A stretch of 46,514 nucleotides of DNA from Octopus sinensis. Its lineage: Eukaryota. Position 1 is the stretch's first letter; every line of letters begins with the position of its first letter. The notes beneath the pieces were generated by a model that did no database searches, had not been told where the DNA came from, and worked only from the letters and a program-made list of their open reading frames with translations. The DNA lies in assembly GCF_006345805.1 (NCBI RefSeq), contig NW_021834629.1, forward strand, positions 1-46,514, in the 5' to 3' direction. A program made the translations under genes and the position numbers. Positions 35,758 to 46,514 of the stretch are shown here, in pieces.

Positions 35758-36470
35758 AAAAGAACAAAAAAAAATAAATAGGTAGGTAGGTAGATAGATA
35801 GATAGATAGATATAATAGATAGGCAGGTAGGTAGGTAGAAGGAAGCAGTGGAGAGAGAGAGAGAGAGAGAGAAGACCGTGTAAAAGGAAAGGGCGAGAGC
35901 GAATGAAAGAGAGAGACTGATAAGGAATGAAAGAGAGAAAGAGTTGGCGAAAGAATCAGACAGCTTAGGACCCAATAAATCCTGAAGTAGGTGAGAGAGA
36001 GAAGCGAGGTAGCTAGGTAGACAAACAGACAGACAAGATAACCGGTAGAGAGATAGACAGATACACAGATGTGAGGAATTATTAGATTTTAAAGACAGTC
36101 CCGACATAGAGATATACACATACACACACACACACATGCGTGTGTGCATGCGCGCGCGAGCAAGCAATCTAGAGGTATTGTGTATGTATGTGACAGTTAA
36201 ACATACGCACACATGTATAGACACATATACACGCGTACATACATGTATATACATACACGGACACATTCGTGCGCACACACACTACAATAAGATTTAGGCG
36301 CAACACAGCCCAGTCCGTCCACCCACACACACACACAAATATATTTGTACACACACGCACACCAGTGTTATGACAGACGAACATACATACACACACGTAC
36401 ACAGTAGATAACTAAAGCAACCACACACACACACACATACACAACCAAAGTCTCAAAACAGCCAGTGTTT

Positions 36471-36505
<35 letters not shown>

Positions 36506-36921
36506 AGCCGAGCCGTGCATGTGCAAGAGAGAGTGAGAGGAGATGGTCTAAATCCTAAGATAGCATTGGACAATAAGTCTTCCAGTAGTTTGATCAAGAG
36601 GACTATGTGTGTGTGTGTGTGTGTGTTTAAGAAATTAAAATGGCAATGGAATAAAAGATTATGCTATGAACTTCATAAACTTACAGCTGTTTCCGCTTTA
36701 AGATGCAGCGAACTCATAGCTAAGTGCTTGTGTATCACCTCATAGCTTCATCAGAGCTAACATGAAGTGCAATTGATATAAGAGAGAAGGAGAGGAGGGA
36801 GAGAGAAGGTATTCCTTGATGATTAAATTATCATGTAGGTGGTGGAGTATTCCAGAGACAAACTTTTATGCCCTCAGGTCAGAATCACTGCGACACAGCT
36901 GAGAATAACGAGAGCTGGACG

Positions 36922-37079
36922 CAGGGGCGGACCGAGCCGTTGGTTAATCGGGCACTGCCCGAAGGCCTTGAGCTCTGTGGGGCCACTACTCTACATGTTA
37001 ACTCTACTAAAACACACATTGAACGTAGCCCGGTAAACAGTTATGTCTGAGGGCCCTTGATACTCTCAGTCCGCCCCTG
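36922..37079. mobile_element. 158-bp hAT-type MITE
   Basis: TIRs caggggcggaccgag / ctcagtccgcccctg; perfect 8-bp TSD gctggacg at 36914-36921 and 37080-37087. Confidence 0.92.
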
Positions 37080-38435
37080 GCTGGACGTTTGAATAACAAT
37101 CCATCCAACTGGTGAATATCGTTATCCTTATGTACCCGTCGAAACTTCCAAGTTTTATAAACGTCACTCCCAACATCCAACACACATTTAATCACGACAA
37201 TTAACAATGATTTATGAACTTCATTAGCAGCAGGAAATGGTCACAATTGCTCCATTACAAGACTTGCCATTCCATTTCTGCGAGATTAATCTCACTCTGG
37301 CTTTAACTAGAACTGGGTTTATATATATATATATATATATACACATATAGTCATTTCATAAATAAAATCAGATTATTATTTATTACTCCGAAAGTAACCA
37401 ATCGCTATTTAACCAGAGATAAATTTTTCAACGGACAACTGTGAACTGTTTGTAAAACTTTTTATACTAATCAGTAAAAGCAGAAAACTAGTTTACATTA
37501 TTAATAGGAACAAGACCAGCAAATTTTAAGGGACAGGGGCTAATCTATGGCATCCATCTCGGTACTCGACAGGTACTTTATTTTATCGACTCAAGGAGGA
37601 CGGCAGGGCAAAGTTGACCTCGATGTAAATCGAACTCAGAAAATAAAGAACTGGAAGAAACACCTGAAAAGCGTTCTCCCCACCGGCTTTCTAAGTTACT
37701 TTTTTCAATGTCACACCTCAAATATTTAAATTATATATATGTGCCAGGGAAGAATATTTTAGTAATAACGAAGTTCTAATATTAGTGAATCGGTGTGAAG
37801 TTGTTTCGAAGTATTTAGCCTTCCAAGTTTCGTTTAAAACGAATGGTCCACCAATTGAAATTTTCGTCGTAATTCACGGTGTTCTCGTTCGACCTCATCC
37901 AGTGTTAACGTTCGTCGGCCACCACCAGATAAATATAAAACTTTGGGGGTAATAATAATGATGGAATCACTAGCATTTATTTCGGTTGACCTCTTCCCAC
38001 TCCCCGTTAGCTGGCCCAGTATATGTTGGTCCTTTAGCTATTATACAGTTGGGTTCGTAAAAATAATTATAATTAGATAAATTAGCTATGAATGGGATAT
38101 TTTCATTTATTCAGGGACCATATTTTATAAATTTAGGTTCTTTTTATAACATATGGTATAAGCCCAGTACTAAATTAAACCAGTCCAGCTGTGTATATCC
38201 CAACGGGATACTGGGAGAGGAGGAGAGAAAGACGAACAGACAGAGAAGTAGGGTCCTAATATAACAAACCATAAAAGCCGACTGATAGACAGGTTGCTAA
38301 AGTCTCGAGATAGACTGAAAGGGGAATTAAGACAAACTGGTAGGATCCCGAAATAGACTCTCAAACATAGACCTGAGATAGACACACAAACGTAGACTCG
38401 CTCAAGAAATGTCTCAATTTACAAAGAACCCCCTT

Positions 38436-38470
<35 letters not shown>

Positions 38471-38529
38471 TACATACACACACAGAATGCGGCTGTCCCG
38501 CGATGGTCATATATCAAATGGCTACTTTA

Positions 38530-39210
38530 CATTAGCACACCCACACAGGATGAGTGTCCTGGGGTAGAAAGATAGCAGATGGGTAGAAGCTTTGTGGAAG
38601 TCCCACACACAGAAAGATATTAAAAGAGTATTATAGGTACTGGGCACATACATAGGGAACAAGGATAATCTGGGGGTACTATTGTAGGTATCCTACGGGT
38701 ACTCTAGTGTGAGTACACAGAACCACGGCTATCGGATGGGTGGGAACTACTTGATGTTAAATATATACAGAATGAAGGTGCCCTGGGGATTGTACAAATA
38801 TTAAACGGGTAGTGTAAGGTAATGTACACACAAATAAAGGTATCCTAGGGTGGTACAGATATCAGATAGGTAAGAACATGATGAAAAAAGTTACACACAC
38901 ACAAACAGCGAAGGTGTCTTGGGATAACAGATATGAAACGGGTAGAGGTATGCAAGGCACACACACACAGAGCAAAAGTATCCTGCGGTGTTATAGGTAT
39001 TTATGGAAAAGTTACACACACACACACATTTAAACCAAGGTACCCTGCAGTGCTATAAAGTATCATCATATACGTATGCTAATAAATTATACACATACAC
39101 AGAGCAAAGGTGTCCTACAGTGCTACGGGTACTCTGGGTATTACACACACACAGCAAGGGTGTCCTGGGGTGAAACAGCTATCAGATGGGTATTTTAAAT
39201 AAGGTAGACA
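38530..39210. repeat. Degenerate minisatellite, ~11 units of 40-75 bp
   Basis: Recurring acacacacag..aaggtgtcctggggt..acagatatcagatgggta / ..ggtatcctgcggtgctataggta. Confidence 0.75.
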
Positions 39211-40050
39211 GACACAGCCCCAGTAAAACATTCTGAAGCAGTAAAATTGAGCAGCAACACACCTCAGAACGGGGCTGGCCTTCTATCAGTCATGCGGGTG
39301 TCTCAGTGACTACACAACATCACCACCACCACCACGACCTTAGCGCTACTAGTGGCCAACTCGTACCCACTACTATAGCCAGAACGACAGCACTATTATT
39401 ACTACTACTACGATATCACTGCCCTACACACTATATACGATCACTATAACGACTGTCCCACTCTAGCCACCACCACCACGACTGCAGTGCTTCTTCTACG
39501 ACTACAGAAGTTGGTGTCAATGCGCTGAAGAAGTTGGAAGTCTGTCAGTGTCCCGTTCATTGCAACAGCTGCCACGACAGCTTTATTAGGACGTGTGTGT
39601 GGATTGGGAGAAAGATTTGATCATACAAACAGGAGAAATAAAATTCATTATAGTGTTGTGTGTGTGTGTGTGTATATATCTTAAGTTCAATTTGAAAACT
39701 CCACTAGAATGGACGAAAGCGCTATATATATTATATGATGTATAAAAACATGTAATATACAAATAAATATCTGTAAATATAAAACCATCCGAATTTCTGA
39801 GTACCTCATTTCTTCTAATATAAAATACCTGTACATCATCTCCAGACCTTCTAATATATATCTATATATATTTTTTATTTTAGCAAAACTGTCCGACGAA
39901 CGGGAACGTGAAACTCTGAGTAACAGCTTTTGTTATATTTTCTGCTGCTTTTAAATAAAGTATATTTATATCTATATATACACACAAGTACTCTCGCTCG
40001 AAAAAAAAATGTAGGTTCTGAAGTCACACCTAAATAAGGAAGTATACATA

Positions 40051-40088
<38 letters not shown>

Positions 40089-41495
40089 CGCTGTGTGTGT
40101 GAGAGAGAGGGGGGAGAAAATGTTGGCCCTACCTGTAATTCAAAGGGCCAACACAAAAATATTAAGACACTCGTCTACGATTTCCAGCTGAGGGATCGAA
40201 CCGAAGGGCTAATGGTTGCGGAACAAACTTAACTGCCTATCCACGCCTGCAACCATGTGTGTGTTTAATGCAGCACATGTTGCTAATATTTCCGTTCGAG
40301 CTGTTGCTCTTCCTGGGTTGATAAATACCAGCCATACACTGCGGTCCATTTCCACTTGCCATATCCCAAACACATTTCTTAGCTCTCACACTGAATTTTT
40401 AAATAATGTAGTAGTAGTAGTCGTAAATTAAGTTAGTCGCCGCCTGTCGTGATCAGGACAGTTTGTAATTTAAATGTTTAAAGTTATAAACACACACACA
40501 CTCACACACAGGTAAAGGTTATTATTATTATTATTCCTAAAAATTTGTTTTACTTCTATGGCAAAGAACTGACCGATAAACTGCAGGACACGCAGCTGTG
40601 TGTATATATATATATATATATAATAGCAAATTAATAAATAAAACATATGCATATATACATACATATATGTAAATACCTACATCTATATGTATATATACAT
40701 GCATATATGGGTACAGGACACCAAAAAAAACATATATATATATATATGCACACACGTTTCACATCAAACGTGTTCGTAGAAAATGTGTATATATGTCTAT
40801 GTCCGATGAGCATACATGTGTGTGCGTGTGTGTGCATTGTATGTGCACGCACGCACACACACACATGTATGTATGTATGTTTGTGAGAGCAAGGCCGGTT
40901 ACGAAATAAGGCGGTATTTTATTTCCTGGACAAGACAATGTTTATATAAAAACAGACTTTCCGTGTGACACCGATTATAGATCGACCCACAAGCATACCG
41001 TCTAGGGTGGGTCTTTTCAGAGAGACCTGTACAGACAAGGTATATATTTTTGTGTACACACACACACACACACACACGAAGACTAAACAGTCCCATTAAA
41101 GGTATTATTATGTATGACAGCTAGGCAGGCGTAGGGATAGATAGACGGGTAGGTTTAGAAGGAAAGACGAGATAAGAGTCGAAATGATAGACACGGACCG
41201 ATATAGTAGTAGTAGTGTGTGTATATATATGTATGTGTGTGTGTGTGTGTGTATAGAAAAGAGCGAAGGATGCACGTAGTTGTAAACATAAATACAACTG
41301 AAAACACGCACAAGGGTTCGAATAAATATAGACTTGGTTTTTGCGGGAAAAAGACAAGGAAATGGTCAGTTTTTTTTTTTTTTTGTTTTGGACGGATGGA
41401 AGGACGGAAGAATTAAAACTGGACAAATAATGGCCGAAAGATATGTGTCGGCTGCGATATAGTAAATACATAATGCTACTATGTGTAACACACAC

Positions 41496-41526
<31 letters not shown>

Positions 41527-42699
41527 CATACATATATTTGAAATCGAATGTATACAACTGTATATATACGTAAGTGTGTATATATATATATATATATTAT
41601 AGTAGACGTGGCTACTTACATCCTTCTCTTCAACAAGTCGCGAAGCAGCCATGGTATTTTATTTTTTTTTCTTCTACTTCTTCTTCTTCAAGTGTAATTC
41701 CAATAGTTAAGTAAATCCGATGCCTAGAACCAAACAACTCCGAAGCTACACATTGTATATCACACACAACAACTCGACAACACTAGCAGCAGCGAGGAGC
41801 TATGATGGCGGCCGTGGTGTCGGCAGAACATTGGCAGGGCGCTGGCTTTCTTTCACTCACAGCAGCAGTAGTAGTACTACTACTAAGTGGTAGTAGTAGT
41901 AGTAGTATAGTAATATTAGTAGTAATAGTAGTTATTGTTGTTCTTTTATTTCTTCTATTTCTTTCTCTTCTTCTCCACCGTCGTCGACTCCATCGTAGTG
42001 GAGGTGGTGGCGAGAATTATCTGGATCATCCCGATAGTGACGGTGCTTTCATATACATATATATATATATAGAGAGAGAGAGTCCTACGAGCTACAACCG
42101 GCAGGACGATTGACAACGAGTGAGGCCCGAAACTGGACGAGCAATAATAGTATGATATCGCGTGGAGTTCATAGTTGCTTTAGTTGTTGTTACAACTTGC
42201 ACGCTGTCGTCTGCTGTTCGATTTTTATCTCCAAGTTATTGTAAATTATACTTTGAAATGCTTGTTGTTATTGTTGCTGTCATTTGTTATTGTTCTTATC
42301 ACTGATTCGTTGTCATCTTTTAATGAAATTATTCCATCTATATCTTGCTTAATTATTATTATTATCGACTTATTTAACGTCTGTCTTTTCTTCTTTCGAT
42401 TCTTCTACCATGTCGTCTGCTCTTTGAATTATTGATACAACTACATTACTACAGATGTTGTTATTGTTCTCGTTGTTGTTGTTATATCGAAGCTGTCTCA
42501 TGTCGTCTGCTGCTTACAAGTTGTGCTGCTGCTGCTGTTGTTAGAAACTGCAACAGTCTCTCTCTCCGTCCTGACTTCAAATCCCGTCCAGGTCGAATTT
42601 GCCTTTCATCTTTCCAGGGTCGATACGATAATTTAATACCAGTGATATAATAGGGAGCGTAGTTAATCGGTTATGTTCCTCCTTTTGTATATGTAGATC

Positions 42700-42850
42700 T
42701 GTTCTGAGTTCAAATTCCGCCGAGGTCGACTTTGCCTTTCATCCTTTCGTGGGCTGATAAAATAAGTATCAGTTGAGCCCTGGGGTCGATGTAATCGACT
42801 TACCCTTCCGCTAAAATTTGCTTGCTTTGTGGCAAAATTCAAAACCAGTA
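42700..42850 (+). mobile_element. SINE family A, tail type 2, head truncated
   Basis: gttctgagttcaaattccgccgaggtcgactttgcctttcatcc..ggggtcgatgtaatcgac; a second remnant lies just upstream at ~42575-42650. Confidence 0.85.
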
Positions 42851-43286
42851 TTTGTAGATCTGTGCCTGTTATACACTATATTATATCCTTGAACAAATAT
42901 TGTAGTTCTTCGATTTGTTATTGCAGTTGTATAGTCTCAGGACAGTCCCAACTCAGCAGACCTATTTATTATCAAAGACTTTCCAGCTGTGACCACCACA
43001 TCTTATATCTAAAGACTGCATTAATAAATGTGTGTTTTTTAGGTGTGATTAAAGAGAGTGAGTGAGTGAGGAAGAGGGGGAGAGGGAGGGAAAGAAAGAA
43101 AGAGCTGGCTGCAGTTTCTAGTATGTTGCGAGATCACGTAGAAGCTACTCATTGTTTCGATGTTTGTCGTTACTGATGGTCATGGTTGTATTCTATTGTA
43201 ACGGCTCTGGTCCTTTTCTCGTCAGTTTGTTGCGAATTTTACAACTGTTATCATCTTGTAATTATCGTCTGCTGCTGCTGCTGCTG

Positions 43287-43318
<32 letters not shown>

Positions 43319-43942
43319 AATATCGTTGTGTTGAAGTTGTTAGTGTTGTAGGCTTTCATTACCAGCTTTTCGAAAAGCCTTTTTTTATTTATTTATTATT
43401 ATTTTTTTTTTGCTAAAACTTCTTATCCTTTTCTGTTGTTGTGGAGTCTGCAGTTAGTTTCGATCAGCCAGTTCTATAATCCTGTTGTGACCATCTCAGA
43501 CGAAATATATCTAGGCTTACATTATCGAATATCATTTTGGTCACTTTTTGCGATATTGAGAGAGATCTTGCTGCTATTTCTAACAGGTTGATTTTACTGG
43601 TAGTGTTAATGGATGTGATGGTGTTGGTGTCGGTGGTATTGGCGCCGATATTGTTGGGTGGGGTGGGGATTTGTCTTGATGGTGGCGGTGGGGTTTCTTT
43701 TTTTGAGGTATAAAGTATTTGGCCCTAATATTATCTAACGTATCCTTTCTGTTTGTTGTTGTTTAACTGCAGGTCTGTCCTAATCAACCAGACCTATGAG
43801 CAAAGGCGTTATGGTCGTGACCATCCCACCTGTTTGTATTACAGAAACTTTGCTACCGAATATGATTTGAGGTAGAGGCTGCTATTTCTAGCGGGCGCAT
43901 TATCACTTTGAAACCCCCATGCTGGCTCACTGCACTCACAGC

Positions 43943-44198
43943 GGGACTGTAGTTACGACACCGCTCCGAAGGAACTTTGTAGCTACGATATGTCACAAAA
44001 GGCAGTCTTTAGTTATGACATGTCACGAAACGGACTGTAGTTACGACACCTCACTTGAAGGACCCTGTAGTTACGATACTTAACAAATGGGACTCTGTAG
44101 TTACGACTTTTAACAAATGGGACTCTGTAGTTATGACATGTCACAAAAGGGCCTCTGCAGTTATGAACTGTCACAGAAAGGCTCTCTCCAATTATAAG
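43943..44198. repeat. Minisatellite, 8 full units plus a partial unit, 28-31 bp each
   Basis: Consensus gggactctgtagttacgacatgtcacaaaa; unit starts at 43943, 43971, 44001, 44031, 44060, 44089, 44119, 44149, 44180. Confidence 0.9.
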
Positions 44199-44939
44199 AA
44201 TTGTAATTAGTGATATTAATAAACTAATTTTTACAAGTCAGAGCTGACTATTTTGCATTATTGACAAAAATGATGAAGTTAACTCGAATGAATAGTTTAA
44301 AAGTACTAACGGACATTTGTAGCTCTTTTAGTATGAACAAAGGCGGCGATGGTGGTGTAGAAATGCTGTAGGTGGTGGTGGTTATAATGAGTGGTGGCGA
44401 TGGTGGTACCGATGATGGTGGTGATGAAAGTGTTATACAATTTTAAGAGGCAGGGCGCGTTGCGGATTTTTTTCTTTTTTATTGTCAGCGTCCACATGTA
44501 TGTATGTATGTATGTATGTATGTATGTATGTATGTATGTATGTTCATGTGTATATATTGGTAAGAACAAGGCCTTCACACATACACGTGAGACTACGCAC
44601 CATTTCATCGACAACTTTATATATTGTTTTACAAGTGATAACTTTCGGGTGCCGCTTTATAAAGTACCCGAACAGACGAGAGCATCGGATTGGCGGAATA
44701 AAGTGACGAACAGGATGTCTCATGGCATCCGTTCCGGTTCTTGGGGCGACGAGTGAGGCCCGTCTTCTGTGATGCCATGCTGTCCTTTGTTCAAACTCAG
44801 TGGCGCGGAGATGGGTGATTTTGCATGCATGACTGACTACAGGTTTTCGAATCATCTGCAGAAAATTAAAAAGTTAAACTTGCAGGAAGCCTGCCCGATG
44901 CAGAGAGGAAGGTACTGGCGAAGATTAAGATTTCATAGC

Positions 44940-44975
<36 letters not shown>

Positions 44976-44983
<8 letters not shown>

Positions 44984-45119
44984 GTAGAAAAATACAACAT
45001 GGACAAGAACGTATAACTCATAGAAGCGATACAAATAAACATGGAGCAGACATTCGAACCCCTCAGTCTTCAGTCAAGAACCGGATCATGTAGTAATTTC
45101 GGCTGATTAATCTTGAAAT
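44976..45119 (-). mobile_element. Inverted partial copy of the Penelope-like terminal repeat at 45682-46077
   Basis: Reverse complement of 45929-46077 with few differences. Confidence 0.8.
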
Positions 45120-45149
45120 ATATATATATAAATTCTATATATATATATA

Positions 45150-45521
45150 CTTTATTCGATCATTTGACTGCGGCCTTGCTGGAGCACCGAGTTCAGTCGA
45201 CCCCAGGACTTATACTTTGTAAACCTAGTACTTATTTCATCGGTCTCTAATGACCGCTAGCTTACAGGTACGTAAACACACTAACATCGGTTATCAAACG
45301 ATGGTGGGTGGTCAAGCACAAACACACACACACACATATACATATATATAAATATATATTTATATACGGTGGGCTTCTTTCAGTTTCCGTCTACCAACTC
45401 CACTCTCAAAGCTTTGGTCGGCCCGAGGCTGTAGTAGAAGACACTTGGCCAAGGTGTCACGCAGTGGGACTGAACCCGGAACCATGAGTTGGTAAGCAAG
45501 CTTCTTACCACACAGCTACGC
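45150..45521 (-). mobile_element. SINE family B nested between the inverted arms
   Basis: catttgactgcggccttgctggagcacc..cttcttaccacacagctacgc. Confidence 0.9.
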
Positions 45522-45538
45522 ATATATATATATTTACG

Positions 45539-45575
<37 letters not shown>

Positions 45576-45624
45576 TATATATATATATATATAATTATAT
45601 ATATATATATATTATATATATATA

Positions 45625-45658
<34 letters not shown>

Positions 45659-45681
45659 TAATTATATATATATATATATAT

Positions 45682-46077
45682 AATATATATAAAGGCTTTT
45701 TCCAATGCGCCAGAAAAAAATTTGTTTGCTGTTATCAGTCGTAGACACTTGTTGTTTTCATCACCGTTAATGCTTCTGTATTTCATGTTTCTGTATTCCA
45801 TTATTGTTTTTTGTTTTTTTATATCTGTCCCTTTTGCTGTCCTGGTGTTCGTATGCATTCGATCCTTCTTCCAGGAAATCTACGCTTCCAGCTTAGTTTT
45901 TTTCTGGAGGGCTGGTCGTGATCTAGTAATCTCAAGATTATCAGCCGAAATTACTTCTTACGATGATCCGGTTCTTGACTGAAGACTGAGGGGGTTCGAA
46001 TGTCCTGTCCATGTTTATTGTATCGTCTTCTATGAGTTATACGTTCTTGTCCATGTTGTATTTTTCTACATACCTTA
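45682..46077 (+). mobile_element. Penelope-like pseudo-LTR fragment in (TA)n
   Basis: T-rich UTR-like segment with vestigial hammerhead string ctgaaga-ctgagggggttc-gaatgtc at 45979-46004; TA tracts on both sides; has an inverted partner. Confidence 0.55.
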
Positions 46078-46221
46078 ATATATATATATATATTATATAT
46101 ATATAGATATATATATATATCTATTATATAGATATATATATACCAATTAAGGACTGAACACGAAAAGTGGACAGTCAAAATTATATATCGATATATATAT
46201 AATAGATATATAACCTCACCC

Positions 46222-46253
<32 letters not shown>

Positions 46254-46346
46254 GAGTATATATATACACACATACATATACATACATGCATATATATTAT
46301 GTGTATATATATATATACATACTACATTAAATATAATATATATGTT

Positions 46347-46514
46347 GTGTGTCTGTGCTTGTCCCCCCTCCCTATCGTCGCTTGACTACCGATGTTGTTA
46401 TGTTTATGTCCCCGTAACATAGAAGTTCGGCAGAAGGGACCGATAGAATAAGTACTAGGCTTACAAAGAATAAGTCCTAGGTTTCGATTTGTTCGCCTAT
46501 GGTCGGTGCTCTAG
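46347..46514 (+). mobile_element. SINE family B, 3' half (cut by window end)
   Basis: cttgtccccc..tttatgtccccgtaac..gatagaataagtactaggcttacaaagaataagtcc. Confidence 0.88.

Noticed and set aside
43943-44198. CRISPR-like repeat-spacer array
   Set aside because: Eukaryotic context, variable parts are only ~12 nt and related to each other, and there are no cas genes; it is a minisatellite
42116-44762. Shared 14-mer acgagtgaggcccg at 42116 and 44749
   Set aside because: Flanks do not align; within chance expectation
802-46178. Most listed ORFs (YI-, HT-, CV-, RE-, SL-rich)
   Set aside because: Translations of TA, CA, GA and TACA microsatellites or SINE interiors; no recognisable domains

Overview
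AT-rich, microsatellite-dense animal genomic DNA. The SINE families look like those I recognise from Octopus (coleoid cephalopod); this is inferred from repeat content and not verified by a search. I can support no protein-coding gene: nearly all listed ORFs are translations of (TA)n, (CA)n, (GA)n or (TACA)n tracts or of SINEs, so the window is probably a large intron or intergenic interval. It contains about 25 tRNA-derived SINE copies or fragments from at least 3 families (three with clear TSDs), decayed L1/Tx1, CR1-group and Penelope-like retroelement pieces, four DNA-transposon MITEs (two Tc1/mariner, two hAT-type with 8-bp TSDs), two degenerate minisatellite arrays and several unique CpG-richer islands. 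The best unexplained signal is a three-member, same-strand family of stem-loop elements at about 7.9, 16.0 and 32.6 kb. They share GTTTCC...ACGGC-N3-4-CACCG-N3-4-CWTMAGG, and one copy reads as a near-complete hammerhead ribozyme on the minus strand. Also notable are a roughly 115-nt structured element found twice inside (TA)n tracts, hammerhead-like cores in Penelope-type mini-elements, and a SINE 3' tail shared with a LINE-like end inserted in (GATA)n. All alignments and folds were done by eye.
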